A stretch of DNA of 62,158 nucleotides from Anaeromyxobacteraceae bacterium (GTDB lineage: Bacteria > Myxococcota > Myxococcia > Myxococcales > Anaeromyxobacteraceae). A model generated the notes under the pieces. The model was given only the letters and a program-made list of their open reading frames with translations. It was not told the DNA's origin and made no database searches. Shown piece after piece: positions 20,020 to 29,491 of this stretch. The stretch's first letter is position 1, and every line of letters begins with the position of its first letter. The stretch is from contig JAULAX010000021.1 in the NCBI GenBank assembly GCA_032654565.1, positions 1 to 62,158 of the forward strand, read 5' to 3'. Position numbers and translations under genes: made by a program.

Positions 20020-20199
20020 CCTCAAAGCGGGGCGAGGCTGCCCCAGCGGCCTCCTCGCCCCGTCCTTTCTCCTGGTCGCTACTCTTTCAACTCCTCGGGA
20101 GCACAGCGCACTGCGCAGGGGCCAGGCCAGGGAGGAGCTCCTCCCCGGCACCTCTCGACACCTAAGACCCGAGACTAGACGCCTCCAGTCGCCGACCCG

Positions 20200-20227
20200 C
20201 GCGCCGCCCTCTTGGCGAGGCGGCGCG
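20200..20227. promoter_or_regulatory. Hairpin-B family member upstream of radC
   Basis: CGCGCCGCC/GGCGGCGCG stem, loop ending in GCGA, then GGAGG RBS. Confidence 0.6.
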
Positions 20228-20258
20228 GTGCCGTCTCCCACCTACGGAGGCAGCACCA

Positions 20259-20942
20259 GTGACCGAAGACACGACTCCAACCGCCCTGCCCATCATCAGC
20301 GCAGCCGAGAGGCTCCAGACTCACGGCCCCCGCGTCCTCAGCGACGCCGAGCTGCTCACCGTCGTTCTCGGGGGCACCCGGGGCGCCAACTCGACCGAGA
20401 AGGCCGCCACCGCGCTCCTCGCGGCCGCGCCCCTCCTCGAACTGGCCTGGGCCCCCCCCGAGCAGCTCGAGCAGATCCCCGGCATCGGGCCCACCCGCGC
20501 CGCCGCCCTCGCCGCAGCCTTCGAGCTCGGCCGTCGCGGTGCCTGGACCCCGCCCCGCCGCGGCGACCGGTGCCTCAGCCCAGCGCGCGTCTACGAGCTG
20601 CTCCGCCACCTGGCCTTCGCTGACCGGGAGGAGTTCCATGTCATCCTGCTCGACGTCCGCGGCCGCCTCATCAAGTCCGCCTGCATCGCCCAGGGCTCGG
20701 TCTCTCAGTGCCCGGTCAGCCCTCGCGAGCTACTCCGCGAGGCCGTCCGTGCCGCCGCTCACTCGATCATCTTCGTTCACAATCACCCCAGTGGTGACGC
20801 ATCGCCATCGAGCGAGGACTATCAGCTAACTGAGCGCCTCCGCGCCGCGTCCGAGCTCGTCGGAGTGTCCGCAAGGGACCACGTGATCGTTGCGTCCGGC
20901 GGCTACTATTCCTTCGTCGAAGCGGGCCGGTGGCGCTCATGA
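20259..20942 (+). CDS. radC: RadC/JAB-domain protein
   Basis: LSDAELL, HhH GIGP and JAB motif E...HNHPSG...PS..D...DH. Confidence 0.92.
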   Translation: MTEDTTPTALPIISAAERLQTHGPRVLSDAELLTVVLGGTRGANSTEKAATALLAAAPLLELAWAPPEQLEQIPGIGPTRAAALAAAFELGRRGAWTPPRRGDRCLSPARVYELLRHLAFADREEFHVILLDVRGRLIKSACIAQGSVSQCPVSPRELLREAVRAAAHSIIFVHNHPSGDASPSSEDYQLTERLRAASELVGVSARDHVIVASGGYYSFVEAGRWRS

Positions 20943-21247
20943 TCGCCGCTCTCCTGCAGCACGAACCGAGCACCCGCCGCGCGTGGCTCTCCTTCCCCGC
21001 CATGCCGCCACAGCCCGTCCGCACTGCGCTCAAGGCGACCGGTTGGCTCTACCACGGTGGTCACCGCGCCTGGCACCACAGCGCCGAGACGCCGCACATC
21101 CCGCCCGGCGTCGCCGTCGCCCACGCCGGCGACTGCTTCCTGTCCGCCGTCAGACCACGCAACGGCCAGGACATTCTCAACGTCCTCGCTGGCGCGAAAG
21201 CCGTTATCGCTCGACAACACCCCGAGGTCGCCCGCCATGAACCATGA
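20939..21247 (+). CDS. Hypothetical protein
   Basis: ATGA coupling with radC; F...P...VR..LKA.GW.Y.....AW motif. Confidence 0.5.
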   Translation: MIAALLQHEPSTRRAWLSFPAMPPQPVRTALKATGWLYHGGHRAWHHSAETPHIPPGVAVAHAGDCFLSAVRPRNGQDILNVLAGAKAVIARQHPEVARHEP

Positions 21248-21422
21248 GAAGCCCGCGCCCCCGCGTTCCGTCCTCGAGCAGCTCGACGTCACCGGCGTCG
21301 GTCCCCACAAGAACGCCGCCGCCTGGCGCGCTCTCGCCCAGGAGCACCTCCAGCGCGGCAACCACGAGGCCGCCGACTTCTGCACCACCATGGCCAACCT
21401 CCTGTCCCCTCCTCCGCCGTGA
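21237..21422 (+). CDS. Small hypothetical protein
   Basis: GAGG RBS; overlaps the upstream stop. Confidence 0.4.
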   Translation: MNHEKPAPPRSVLEQLDVTGVGPHKNAAAWRALAQEHLQRGNHEAADFCTTMANLLSPPPP

Positions 21423-21466
21423 TGACTTCCCAACTCACCTTCGCCGCGTAGCCCACAGGAAACCCA

Positions 21467-21805
21467 ATGGCCGCCCTAACCATCTTCGACAGCATCCTCG
21501 TCCCCCGCACCGTCGAGATCCCCGACGCCTGCCCCAACCCGAAGTGCGGCGCGTCCTTCACGTCAGGAAGCAACCTCATCGAGTGGGACCGCGCCGAAGT
21601 CCAATACTACGGCAACCTCACCGCCGGCGCGTATGACATCCAGAACGAGCACAACCGCGGCGACACCTTCCATCCCATTGCCTACTACTGCTCGAGCTGC
21701 CGGCATCCCATCGCGGACGGCCTTCTCCACGAAGCCGAGCCCTGCGATCTCGACGCCTCTGTGCGCAAGCTCATCGACGCCGGGCTTGCTCCTGAAGGAG
21801 ACTGA
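21467..21805 (+). CDS. Zinc-ribbon hypothetical protein
   Basis: CPNPKC...CSSC motif; AGGA RBS. Confidence 0.55.
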   Translation: MAALTIFDSILVPRTVEIPDACPNPKCGASFTSGSNLIEWDRAEVQYYGNLTAGAYDIQNEHNRGDTFHPIAYYCSSCRHPIADGLLHEAEPCDLDASVRKLIDAGLAPEGD

Positions 21806-21814
21806 CCCTCCCCC

Positions 21815-22693
21815 ATGAAGACCTCATCGCTTCGCTCGGTGCTCTTCGTCGCCGCCGCTTTCCTATTCGCGACAACCCCCCTCCCCTCACGCGCCGCTGG
21901 CGGCGTCCTCGAAGCCTGGTTCATCGACGTAGGCCAAGGCGACGCCGCCCTCATCTCCTCGCCGACCGGGCGCACCATCCTCATCGACGCGGGACCGCCC
22001 GGAACCGGCGGCCAGGTCGCCCACTTCCTGCGAGCTCACACCACCGGCCCGCTCGATCTCGCGGTCGGCACTCACCCTCACATCGACCACGTCGGAGGCA
22101 TGAGCGCCTCTCTCCGAGCGGTCGGCGTTCGCGCCTACTACGACGTGGCGCCGGATCCGGCTCACCAGACCCGGCTGCTCGCCACCATCGACAAGACGGT
22201 GGCCACGCTCGGAGCCACGCACCAGCACGTCGACGCCGGAACACCACCCCTCGACCTCGGCGACGGCACCACCGTCACCGTGCTCAGCCCACTCCGACCT
22301 CCCCTCGTCGACTGCACCGACCGCGTCAACTGCAACGCCATCGCGCTCCTGATACGCAGCGGTAACCAGTCCATCCTCATGGCGGCCGACGTCGAGGGCG
22401 TGACGGAGAACGAGCTCCTCCGCACGCGCAAAGGCGCTCTACGAGCGGCCGTCCTCAAGGTGGGCCACCACGGCAGCCGCACCGCCACCACCACCGCCTG
22501 GCTCCGCACCGTAAAGCCCGAGGTCGCGGTGATCTCGGTCGGCATCGCCAACGCCTACCACCACCCGCATCCTTCCACGCTCCACCGGCTCGAGTCCGAG
22601 GGCGTGCGCGTCTACCGCACAGACAAGGACGGCACCATCCACGTGGTTCTCTCAGGCGCCGTTCCATCCGTCACCACCAGCCACGGCCCCTGA
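21815..22693 (+). CDS. Exported ComEC/Rec2-type metallo-beta-lactamase-fold hydrolase (putative nuclease)
   Basis: Signal peptide; DVGQGD, THPHIDHVGG, KVGHHGS, YHHPH and RTD..G motifs. Confidence 0.88.
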   Translation: MKTSSLRSVLFVAAAFLFATTPLPSRAAGGVLEAWFIDVGQGDAALISSPTGRTILIDAGPPGTGGQVAHFLRAHTTGPLDLAVGTHPHIDHVGGMSASLRAVGVRAYYDVAPDPAHQTRLLATIDKTVATLGATHQHVDAGTPPLDLGDGTTVTVLSPLRPPLVDCTDRVNCNAIALLIRSGNQSILMAADVEGVTENELLRTRKGALRAAVLKVGHHGSRTATTTAWLRTVKPEVAVISVGIANAYHHPHPSTLHRLESEGVRVYRTDKDGTIHVVLSGAVPSVTTSHGP

Positions 22694-22770
22694 GCGGCTT
22701 CCGGGGGCGCCCCGTCCGCGTCCTCTGGACGGACGGGGCGTCCCCGTCCCATCCCACTGGAGGCCACACC

Positions 22771-22986
22771 ATGAAGACCGAGCCCGTCCCTGCCGCCGAC
22801 ACCACCCCCGCTTCTCGCCTCAGCGTCTACGCCGTCAACGAGAAGGACGGCGATCGGACCGCCTGGTGGCAGAAGATCGGCCGCGGCTTCGCCAACCGCG
22901 ACGGCAGCATCACCATCTACCTGGACGCCCTGCCGCTCGGCACCAACAAGCTCACCATCCGCGACGAGAAGACTCCCCACCGGTGA
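22771..22986 (+). CDS. Small beta-rich protein (DUF736-like, possible ssDNA binder)
   Basis: W.KIG.GF.N.DGSI.I.LDALP motif; GGAGG RBS after a hairpin. Confidence 0.6.
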   Translation: MKTEPVPAADTTPASRLSVYAVNEKDGDRTAWWQKIGRGFANRDGSITIYLDALPLGTNKLTIRDEKTPHR

Positions 22987-23041
22987 TCACCCACCGTCGA
23001 GTACCATCTCAGCCGATCCCCAACAGCAGGACTCCCACACG

Positions 23042-23296
23042 ATGACAACCATTCCTCGCCTTCCGAAGCGTCGCCGGCGGCCCACCGCCAACCCGGATCT
23101 CCAAGCCTTCGGCACCAAGCTCCGCTCGCTTCGCCAAGCTCAGGACTGGACTCAGCTCCGCGTCGCCACGGCCCTCCACCTTTCGGTCGCGTACATCTCT
23201 CTCCTCGAGCGCGGTGGGCGGAATCCACCCTTCCTCCGCGTGTGCCGCTTCGCTCGCTTGCTTGGCGCCTCTCCTTCGGCCCTCTTCCCCGACTAG
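23042..23296 (+). CDS. XRE-family HTH regulator
   Basis: FG.KLR.LR....WTQ..VA....S..YIS.LERG.RNP. Confidence 0.88.
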   Translation: MTTIPRLPKRRRRPTANPDLQAFGTKLRSLRQAQDWTQLRVATALHLSVAYISLLERGGRNPPFLRVCRFARLLGASPSALFPD

Positions 23297-23661
23297 GCTT
23301 CTCGCCCCCTCGCCGGCCGCTTCCAACTCATCCCAGGCCCCCAGTCGCCCTCGATGGCTCACGGTGGTTCCCGGCAGCGCGGGCGCCGCTCCTCTCCAGT
23401 GAAGCGACGCCACGCGCCCTCAGGGGCGAGCGGAGGAGAATCAGGCCGGCCCGCCAGGCTCGCTAGACTTGGTTCCCCGAGTAGCGCTCTCGCGCCTATG
23501 CAGCCCACTCTGGCCATCGTGGCGGACGCCGAGATCCGCAAAGTCGGGGCATCGCTGGCGATCGAGCGGCTCAGACGCTTCCGGCAGCCCCGGTTCGCCC
23601 TGCTCGGGGACCTGCCAGCGGTGCTCGGGCCGCGGCGAGTGTAGCGGTGTAGCAGGCGCCC

Positions 23662-25998
23662 TTAGGCAGTTCGCGCTCGGATGCCCAGCGCGGGCCAGAA
23701 CGCCTGGTTGATAACGAACCGCGCATTCTCACCAGCGCGCTTGACGCGAGCCTGAATCATCTTCATGTCGTAGTTCACGTCGTAGATGTAGCGGTCTTGG
23801 GCTTCTTCGCGAAGGCCGATTACACCGTAGTACAGAAGAAAGTCGATCACCTTTTCGACGTCTACTTCCTCCAACCCATGACGTAGAACGAGCTCCTTCA
23901 GCTCTGCCAGAGACGGGTCTCCGGGCACATCGATGAACTGATAGAGGAAGTCCCGAGCACGCGGGAAGACGTCCACCAACTCGCGATCCACCTCCGTCAT
24001 AATGTCCTGTGAATAGGCCTTAACGCCCCGCTGCACATCTTCTTCAGTAATCTTCGGGTGGTTCAGGTTGACCGCAAACCCACGGCAGTGCCCGAAGATC
24101 TTGAGCAAGTTTCTCGGCCGCATCAGCGAGCGGTCGATCATGTAGTTCGACGTGTCCTCCCCTCCCGCCAGATGGGATACGCAGAGCGCTGGCCAGATCT
24201 GGTCGAACGTCTTCTGTCGCGCGCTCTTGTCTAGGCCCGACACGAGGCGCAACCTCAGCATCTCGCGCAGCAGGTCCGGCTCCGTCCAGTCAAGAAGCGC
24301 TTTCATCTCCTTGCCGTAGTCGGAGCTGCGCTTCATCAACTGCTGGTACACGTCGTTGCGGATGAACACGATGCACCGGAACATGCTGGAGGGCTTGCGC
24401 ATGTCGCGTTCGAGCTTTCGCCCAGCATCGATAAGGCAACGCAGGACAAGCGTATCTACCGCGTCCACTCCGTCGACGTTCCAGTTCTTGTCGAGATTGT
24501 CGAACAGAATCCAGACACTGCTCTTCCTATCTAGATACTCTTGGATCTTGCTCCGCAACGCCCGCAGATCGTGAGCGTAGAGCAGTTCCGAGACTTCCTG
24601 GAGGTCGAGATTCCTCTCACCGTCGACTGCTGGATATTTGGCCCGATACTCCACAGCAAGTCGGTTGGACAGAACATGAAGGCGCTCAGAGAAGTCCCCC
24701 TCTGCTTCGAATTGCCCCGTCCTGTACATGCTCTCGAGGCTCACGTAGAGGTCGTGAATCTCATGGTTGTGCTGGTAGGTGTTACGGTCCTTGTCCAGGA
24801 GTTTGTGCGCAACTTCGAGCAGTAGGAGGTATTCCCAGAACGCCGTGACAAGGTGCTCGCGAGCGCCAGCGGCAAGATGGTGAAGGATGTCCTCCTTTAA
24901 CTTGAGAAGCTGATAGCCCTCTGGACGCAGGTCGACCACGATATTTCGCTTGTCGGCGCGGATGTGGTCGCGCACCTGAATGAAGAGGGCAGTCTTGCCT
25001 GCGCCCTTTCGCCCCACGACGAGGTTGACCTCACCTCTTAGAGCGCGGTGAAACTCGTCGGTCTGAAGGTAGTACGTCCACAGCGTCGACATCTCGTTCT
25101 CTGCGGTGGGATCGCCGATCTGGAGCGACTGCAGAGCTGTATCCGGTCCTAACGGCGGCGGTTCACCCTGTTGCAGGTAGTCGGTGATCTCGGGAGAGAA
25201 CGCTCCGATGTGATTCTGAATGTCCTCTGGGTGAGTGTAGTGCTTGACGGCATCACGAACATCGAGGGGCGCAACGTAGTCCTTGGGGACAAGGGTCAGC
25301 GATGGCTTCTCCATCCCGTCCGCTAGACCGACTACAAAGAGCGCCCGCGTGTTGTGGACGTGCGCCACCGCGTCTCCCGAATCGAGCAGAGAAGCGAGCA
25401 CCCCGCCCGAGCAGGCAACCTGGCGGATGGCGTCCGCTGCAGAAAGGCGAACATCCTCAGCCGGGTTGAAGCTTCTGAACTTGTAGCGCGCCTTCTTAAG
25501 GCGCGAGGTCATGAGCGTTGCAACTTCACCCTTGGTTGGTGGTTCAACGACATAGACTGGCGCCTGCCGGTCGAGGGTACCCGAGAAGAGGAATGGTGTT
25601 GGGTTGATGTACCCCAACAGCCTCTGAGCGAGTTCCTCCGCGTTTTCGTACTCCTCGTATCCGAGCGTATCGAAGATTCCGGCTTCTCGTGCGACCTGGG
25701 CGTCACCGACAGTCGACCTGTGCCGAACGAGGAACATGCGACGCTTCCGGCCTATGGCGTAGCCGATCTCATAGACGACGTTGGGATTGAGGAATGTGAC
25801 GTCCGCGACGACGAATGGAGACTCATCGATACCCTCGATGATCGGCGAAATGAGGGGAGTGCCTGCGATGTCGTTGAACTCCCACGGCTGGAAGAAGACA
25901 TCCTTCCTCGCTGCGCTCGCGCGCTGTGTGCCCTCCACCACCATGCTCGCCAAGGCAGCCATGCGCGATGAATACGCCACGAAAGCCTTAGGTGCCAT
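23662..25998 (-). CDS. P-loop ATPase (Sll1717-like) with N-terminal nucleoside-deoxyribosyltransferase/TIR-like domain(s); candidate defence protein
   Basis: ADVTFLNPNVVYEIGYAIG motif, Walker A GRKGAGKT, Walker B ILFDNLD, RPR; GAGGAGG RBS. Confidence 0.75.
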   Translation of the reverse strand: MAPKAFVAYSSRMAALASMVVEGTQRASAARKDVFFQPWEFNDIAGTPLISPIIEGIDESPFVVADVTFLNPNVVYEIGYAIGRKRRMFLVRHRSTVGDAQVAREAGIFDTLGYEEYENAEELAQRLLGYINPTPFLFSGTLDRQAPVYVVEPPTKGEVATLMTSRLKKARYKFRSFNPAEDVRLSAADAIRQVACSGGVLASLLDSGDAVAHVHNTRALFVVGLADGMEKPSLTLVPKDYVAPLDVRDAVKHYTHPEDIQNHIGAFSPEITDYLQQGEPPPLGPDTALQSLQIGDPTAENEMSTLWTYYLQTDEFHRALRGEVNLVVGRKGAGKTALFIQVRDHIRADKRNIVVDLRPEGYQLLKLKEDILHHLAAGAREHLVTAFWEYLLLLEVAHKLLDKDRNTYQHNHEIHDLYVSLESMYRTGQFEAEGDFSERLHVLSNRLAVEYRAKYPAVDGERNLDLQEVSELLYAHDLRALRSKIQEYLDRKSSVWILFDNLDKNWNVDGVDAVDTLVLRCLIDAGRKLERDMRKPSSMFRCIVFIRNDVYQQLMKRSSDYGKEMKALLDWTEPDLLREMLRLRLVSGLDKSARQKTFDQIWPALCVSHLAGGEDTSNYMIDRSLMRPRNLLKIFGHCRGFAVNLNHPKITEEDVQRGVKAYSQDIMTEVDRELVDVFPRARDFLYQFIDVPGDPSLAELKELVLRHGLEEVDVEKVIDFLLYYGVIGLREEAQDRYIYDVNYDMKMIQARVKRAGENARFVINQAFWPALGIRARTA

Positions 25999-26297
25999 GT
26001 CCCCTCCTCGCGGGGCTCGCAGCCTAACCGAGTTACCCACTGAGCGTAACGCTGCCCCCTGACTCCGTCATCCGACCGACCCTCCTCCGAACCCGGGACT
26101 ACACCCTGGTCGCCCTGCTCAAGGGCGCCACCAAGGCCGCCGTCCACGTCGACCGCCGAAAGGCGGCATCCAAGGAAGCCTGCCGCCGGCCGGTCCAACT
26201 CGACGCCTGACCAGAACGCCACTCATGGGTTGGAACCGGGGTCCGCGCCGCTGCTTCACCCATCGACTTCACGATGCCGCCCAGATACCAGCTCCGT

Positions 26298-26335
26298 CCT
26301 ATGCGCTTGACACCATAGGCGCCAGGCCTCATACT
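26298..26335 (+). promoter_or_regulatory. Sigma70 promoter of the TA operon with an overlapping operator
   Basis: TTGACA(26307)-17 bp-CATACT(26330); CCTATG/CATAGG inverted repeat flanks the -35. Confidence 0.75.
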
Positions 26336-26387
26336 GGCGAATGACTGGAATCTCCAAGGAGGGGGGGGCTCTGGCAGAAAGGTACGT

Positions 26388-26741
26388 ATGGCGGTCCCAG
26401 TACACACCACCGAGCAGTTCGATCAATGGATGGAGGATCTCAGCCCCCGCGAGCGAAAAGAGGCATTCCATGCGTGGCGTCTCTTGGGGGAGTTGGGCTT
26501 GCAGTTGGACTACCCGCACAGCAGCGCCATCAAAGGCTCTCGCTTTCCTCTCCGGGAGCTTCGCCCGAAGCGGGGCAAGAGTCCCCTGCGGATCATTTAC
26601 GCCTTCGATCCTCGGCGCGAGGCCCTCCTCCTTATCGGAGGCAACAAAGCCTCCAACAAGAAGATGTACGACAGCATCATCCCGCAGGCCGAGGCCATCT
26701 GGGAGCAGCACCTGAAAGACGTTTCCGAGGAGGAGACTTAG
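26388..26741 (+). CDS. higB: RelE/HigB-family toxin (Gp49/DUF891-like)
   Basis: L.YPHSS.IKGS...LRELR....RIIYAFDPRR.A.LL.GG.K. Confidence 0.88.
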   Translation: MAVPVHTTEQFDQWMEDLSPRERKEAFHAWRLLGELGLQLDYPHSSAIKGSRFPLRELRPKRGKSPLRIIYAFDPRREALLLIGGNKASNKKMYDSIIPQAEAIWEQHLKDVSEEET

Positions 26742-26813
26742 TAAACTGGCACGCCTGGCCTGCACAAGGCGAAGGAGGACTCGTCGTAGCCGCCGCGCGA
26801 CGGGCAAATACAA

Positions 26814-27131
26814 ATGACGAAGAGGATTCGGACGAAGCCGGTGAAGAACCTGGAAGCCAAGTACTTCACCCGGAAGGAGATCGCCGACATCGACAAGGCC
26901 GTAAAGGCCGAGATTCTTGAGATGAACCTCCGCGAGGTTCGGCAGTTCGCCGGGAAGACACAGGAGGAGCTCGCGGCCGCCACGAAGATGCAGCAGCCCG
27001 AACTGTCGCGCGTCGAACGCCGGGATGACCACCTGCTTTCGACGCTCCGCCGCTACGTCGAAGCACTAGGCGGTGAGCTGGAAGTCACCGCCCGCTTCGA
27101 CGGCAGAGCGGTAAGACTGCGCGGCGTTTAG
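26814..27131 (+). CDS. higA: XRE-family antitoxin
   Basis: L.E.R....TQ.ELA.....Q..LSR.ERR.D..LSTLRRYVEALGG; lies downstream of the toxin. Confidence 0.88.
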   Translation: MTKRIRTKPVKNLEAKYFTRKEIADIDKAVKAEILEMNLREVRQFAGKTQEELAAATKMQQPELSRVERRDDHLLSTLRRYVEALGGELEVTARFDGRAVRLRGV

Positions 27132-27159
27132 GCCAGCTCGAAGACGAGCCGCACCACCA

Positions 27160-27191
27160 GAGGCCCCGCAAGTCGCGGGGCCTCATCTTTT
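27160..27191 (+). terminator. Rho-independent terminator
   Basis: GAGGCCCCGC/GCGGGGCCTC stem followed by ATCTTTT. Confidence 0.75.
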
Positions 27192-27599
27192 CCGCCCAGG
27201 CTCTCCATCGGCGCCGGCAGCGCCGACCGCAGAGCCCCGCCCCAGAGGCGAGGCTTCGCCTCTCCCCTCGGCTCCCCTCACCCCGGACAAGGAGCACCAG
27301 GTCGCCAGCCGGCGAGTGCGGTCCAGCGGACCTCACCGGCGCTGCAGAGCCGCGACGTGACCACCAGGTCCTCACCTTCCAGGTGGCCAGCTCCTCACCG
27401 TCTCCGGGAGAAACAGTCCCCGTTGCCTGTCGCCCTGCGGCCGACGTCCGACCTCCTCCACCAGCTCGGGCCCGGCACCGCCTCATGCCCGACCCTCTTC
27501 ACTGACTGCGGCGCACACCTACGGCGCCGGCCATCCTCTCTCCCGCCACGCTTCCCTGGCCCTCCGCCAACTACCTCTCCTGTCGCTCCTCATCGACCG

Positions 27600-27745
27600 C
27601 GCCACGCCAACGACGGGCGTTTCACGGTCGCTGCCGCTCCGCTCGGCGAGCGAAGGTCCAGTCCAGCTCGAAGGGCTGCTTTTCCTGCCGCTCGGTCTCT
27701 AGCGAGAGCGGCAATCAAGCCGCCCAACCAACGGGAGAGAACCAG
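27600..27745. promoter_or_regulatory. Conserved ~145-nt upstream element, copy 2
   Basis: CGC-CACGCC-AACGACG-GGCGTT-TCACG; GCCGCTCCGCTCGGC; hairpin B at 27673-27725. Confidence 0.7.
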
Positions 27746-27955
27746 ATGGCCACCACCAAGAGCACCACCTACGTCGTGAAGAAGGTCAAGCCGGGCAAGG
27801 GCGAGGGAAAGCCCTTCTACATGGAGGTCGGCCGCCTGGTGATCCGCGAGGGCGACAAGGGCGCCAACGGGACGTTGTACCTCCACTTCCTCGACGGCGA
27901 CTTCGCTGTCTTCCCGGCCGAGAAGGCCGAGAAGCCCGAGGCCCCCGCCGCGTAG
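27746..27955 (+). CDS. Small beta-rich protein (paralogue of the C-terminal domain of 36439-36909)
   Basis: Y.EVG......G..G.LYL.FLDG motif; GGGAG RBS; hairpin downstream. Confidence 0.65.
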   Translation: MATTKSTTYVVKKVKPGKGEGKPFYMEVGRLVIREGDKGANGTLYLHFLDGDFAVFPAEKAEKPEAPAA

Positions 27956-28350
27956 CTCCTCCAGCCCCCGAGGGCGGTCCCGTACGGACCGCCCTCGCGG
28001 CATGCTCCCCTGCTCCCCGAGGAGGCCTCGCCGGCTCTCCTCGAGCTCCACCACTGTGGTCGCCACGCGCCTTGCAGGCGCGGTCGACCAGGTCGATGGG
28101 ACACTGCGCCTCCCCTCGCCCACTGCCTCCAGCCGACCCCGGCGAACGCCTCTTATCGCCCCTGGCTGCCGTCCATGGCCGCCCGGCTCCTCCACTCCAG
28201 AGCAGGCCCACGCCACAGCGCCCTTCGGGGCGCGCCGTAGCCACCTGCCCTCTTCACGTTCCTCGTCATTCCACTCCAGGTCACCGTCTGCCCGTCCGCT
28301 GTCCGTGAGCCTCGCAATCCCCCTCGACCACAGTCGCTAGCCCAGCGCCG

Positions 28351-28490
28351 CGCCACACCAACAACGGGTGTGTCACGGGCCGTGCCGCTCCGCTCGGGAA
28401 GCTCGACCCACTCCCAGCTCAGTGAGCTAGCACCGGCCGCTCCAACTCTCTGCGAGAGCGGCGCGGTGCCGCTCACCACGGGAGACGACG
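28351..28490. promoter_or_regulatory. Conserved ~145-nt upstream element, copy 3
   Basis: CGC-CACACC-AACAACG-GGTGTG-TCACG (compensatory change); CCGCTCCGCTCGG; hairpin B at 28422-28476. Confidence 0.7.
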
Positions 28491-28631
28491 ATGACCCTCA
28501 TCAAGCGGAATGCCTCGAAGACGAACGCGAAGACGAACCACGGCTACGTCTACACCGCCCCGAACTGCCGCCGCTGCGGCTCCAACTGCTCCTGCTCCGA
28601 AGAGGAAATCGACGCGGGCGGCCCGGCCTGA
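28491..28631 (+). CDS. 46-aa Cys-rich peptide (not in the ORF track)
   Basis: GGGAG RBS; MTLIKRNASKTNAKTNHGYVYTAPNCRRCGSNCSCSEEEIDAGGPA. Confidence 0.55.
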   Translation: MTLIKRNASKTNAKTNHGYVYTAPNCRRCGSNCSCSEEEIDAGGPA

Positions 28632-28746
28632 ATCACAGGGCGACTACGAGAGCGCCCACCGCCGCCGGTCCGACCACCGGCACCAACCGAGGGGGAGGGC
28701 CTGGTGCCCTCCCCCTCGACCTCTCTCCTCGACACGCGCCCTTGGC

Positions 28747-28790
28747 GCAGCACCGCGCCGCCCCCGCGGAGCGAGGCGGCACGGTGCCGC
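28747..28790. promoter_or_regulatory. Hairpin-B family member
   Basis: GCACCGCGCCGCC/GGCGGCACGGTGC stem, loop ending in GCGA. Confidence 0.6.
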
Positions 28791-28811
28791 TCCCAAGGAC
28801 CCAACGACCCA

Positions 28812-29486
28812 ATGACCTTCAACCTCCAGAAGCGCGACGCAGCCATCTACCGCCAGTGGGCTCGATGGATGCTCGGCCTCGACTACGGCCCCGGGGACGT
28901 CCCCTCTTCCATGACCGCGGCCGACGCCATCTACCGACAGGAAGAGGCCGCCATCCGTCGCACCGCCGCCGCCTTCGCAGAACACATCCTGCCGCACGCC
29001 TGGGGCCGCGGCGTTCCCACCCGAACCTTGTACCGAGGCCTTCGGCTCGAGAATCCCCAGCTCCACGGCAAGCCGCTCCCGCCGGATCCTCGCTACGCGC
29101 AGCTCCGCGCCTTCTCCTTCACGGAGGACCGCGACGTGGCGTGCTACTTCGCCGACACCGGTGCCGAGGGCATGCTCGCCATGCCGATTCCGAACCCCGT
29201 CACCGGGAAGCTCGGCCTCCCTCCCCACGGCTACCTCGCCACCGCGCTCGTGCCGGCCAATGACGTGCTGCTTCACTGGCGCTACGTGCTCGGTACCGGT
29301 CCCTTCATCGCCAAGGACGCAGACGAGCGCCGCATGGTGCGCTGGCAACAGGAAGTCACCGTCCGCGCCGACTCCGCCCTCACCATCCACCTGGAAGCCT
29401 TCCACGCCGCCGCCGGCGACTACGTGGCCCGCCGCTATTCCGAAGGCGTCTGGGAACCCGCGCCGCCCTTCTTCCTCGTCGGCTGA
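28812..29486 (+). CDS. Putative R-S-E clade ADP-ribosyltransferase
   Basis: LYRG ... FSFTEDRDVACYFA ... WQQEV (QxE) motifs in the expected order. Confidence 0.55.
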   Translation: MTFNLQKRDAAIYRQWARWMLGLDYGPGDVPSSMTAADAIYRQEEAAIRRTAAAFAEHILPHAWGRGVPTRTLYRGLRLENPQLHGKPLPPDPRYAQLRAFSFTEDRDVACYFADTGAEGMLAMPIPNPVTGKLGLPPHGYLATALVPANDVLLHWRYVLGTGPFIAKDADERRMVRWQQEVTVRADSALTIHLEAFHAAAGDYVARRYSEGVWEPAPPFFLVG

Positions 29487-29491
29487 CCTCA

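Noticed and set aside
26746..26765. Sigma54-like TGGCACG between higB and higA
   Set aside because: The conserved GC at -12 is not at the required spacing.
27190..27600. ORFs and GC-rich partial palindromes downstream of higA
   Set aside because: I could not define a convincing start, protein motif or repeated structure.
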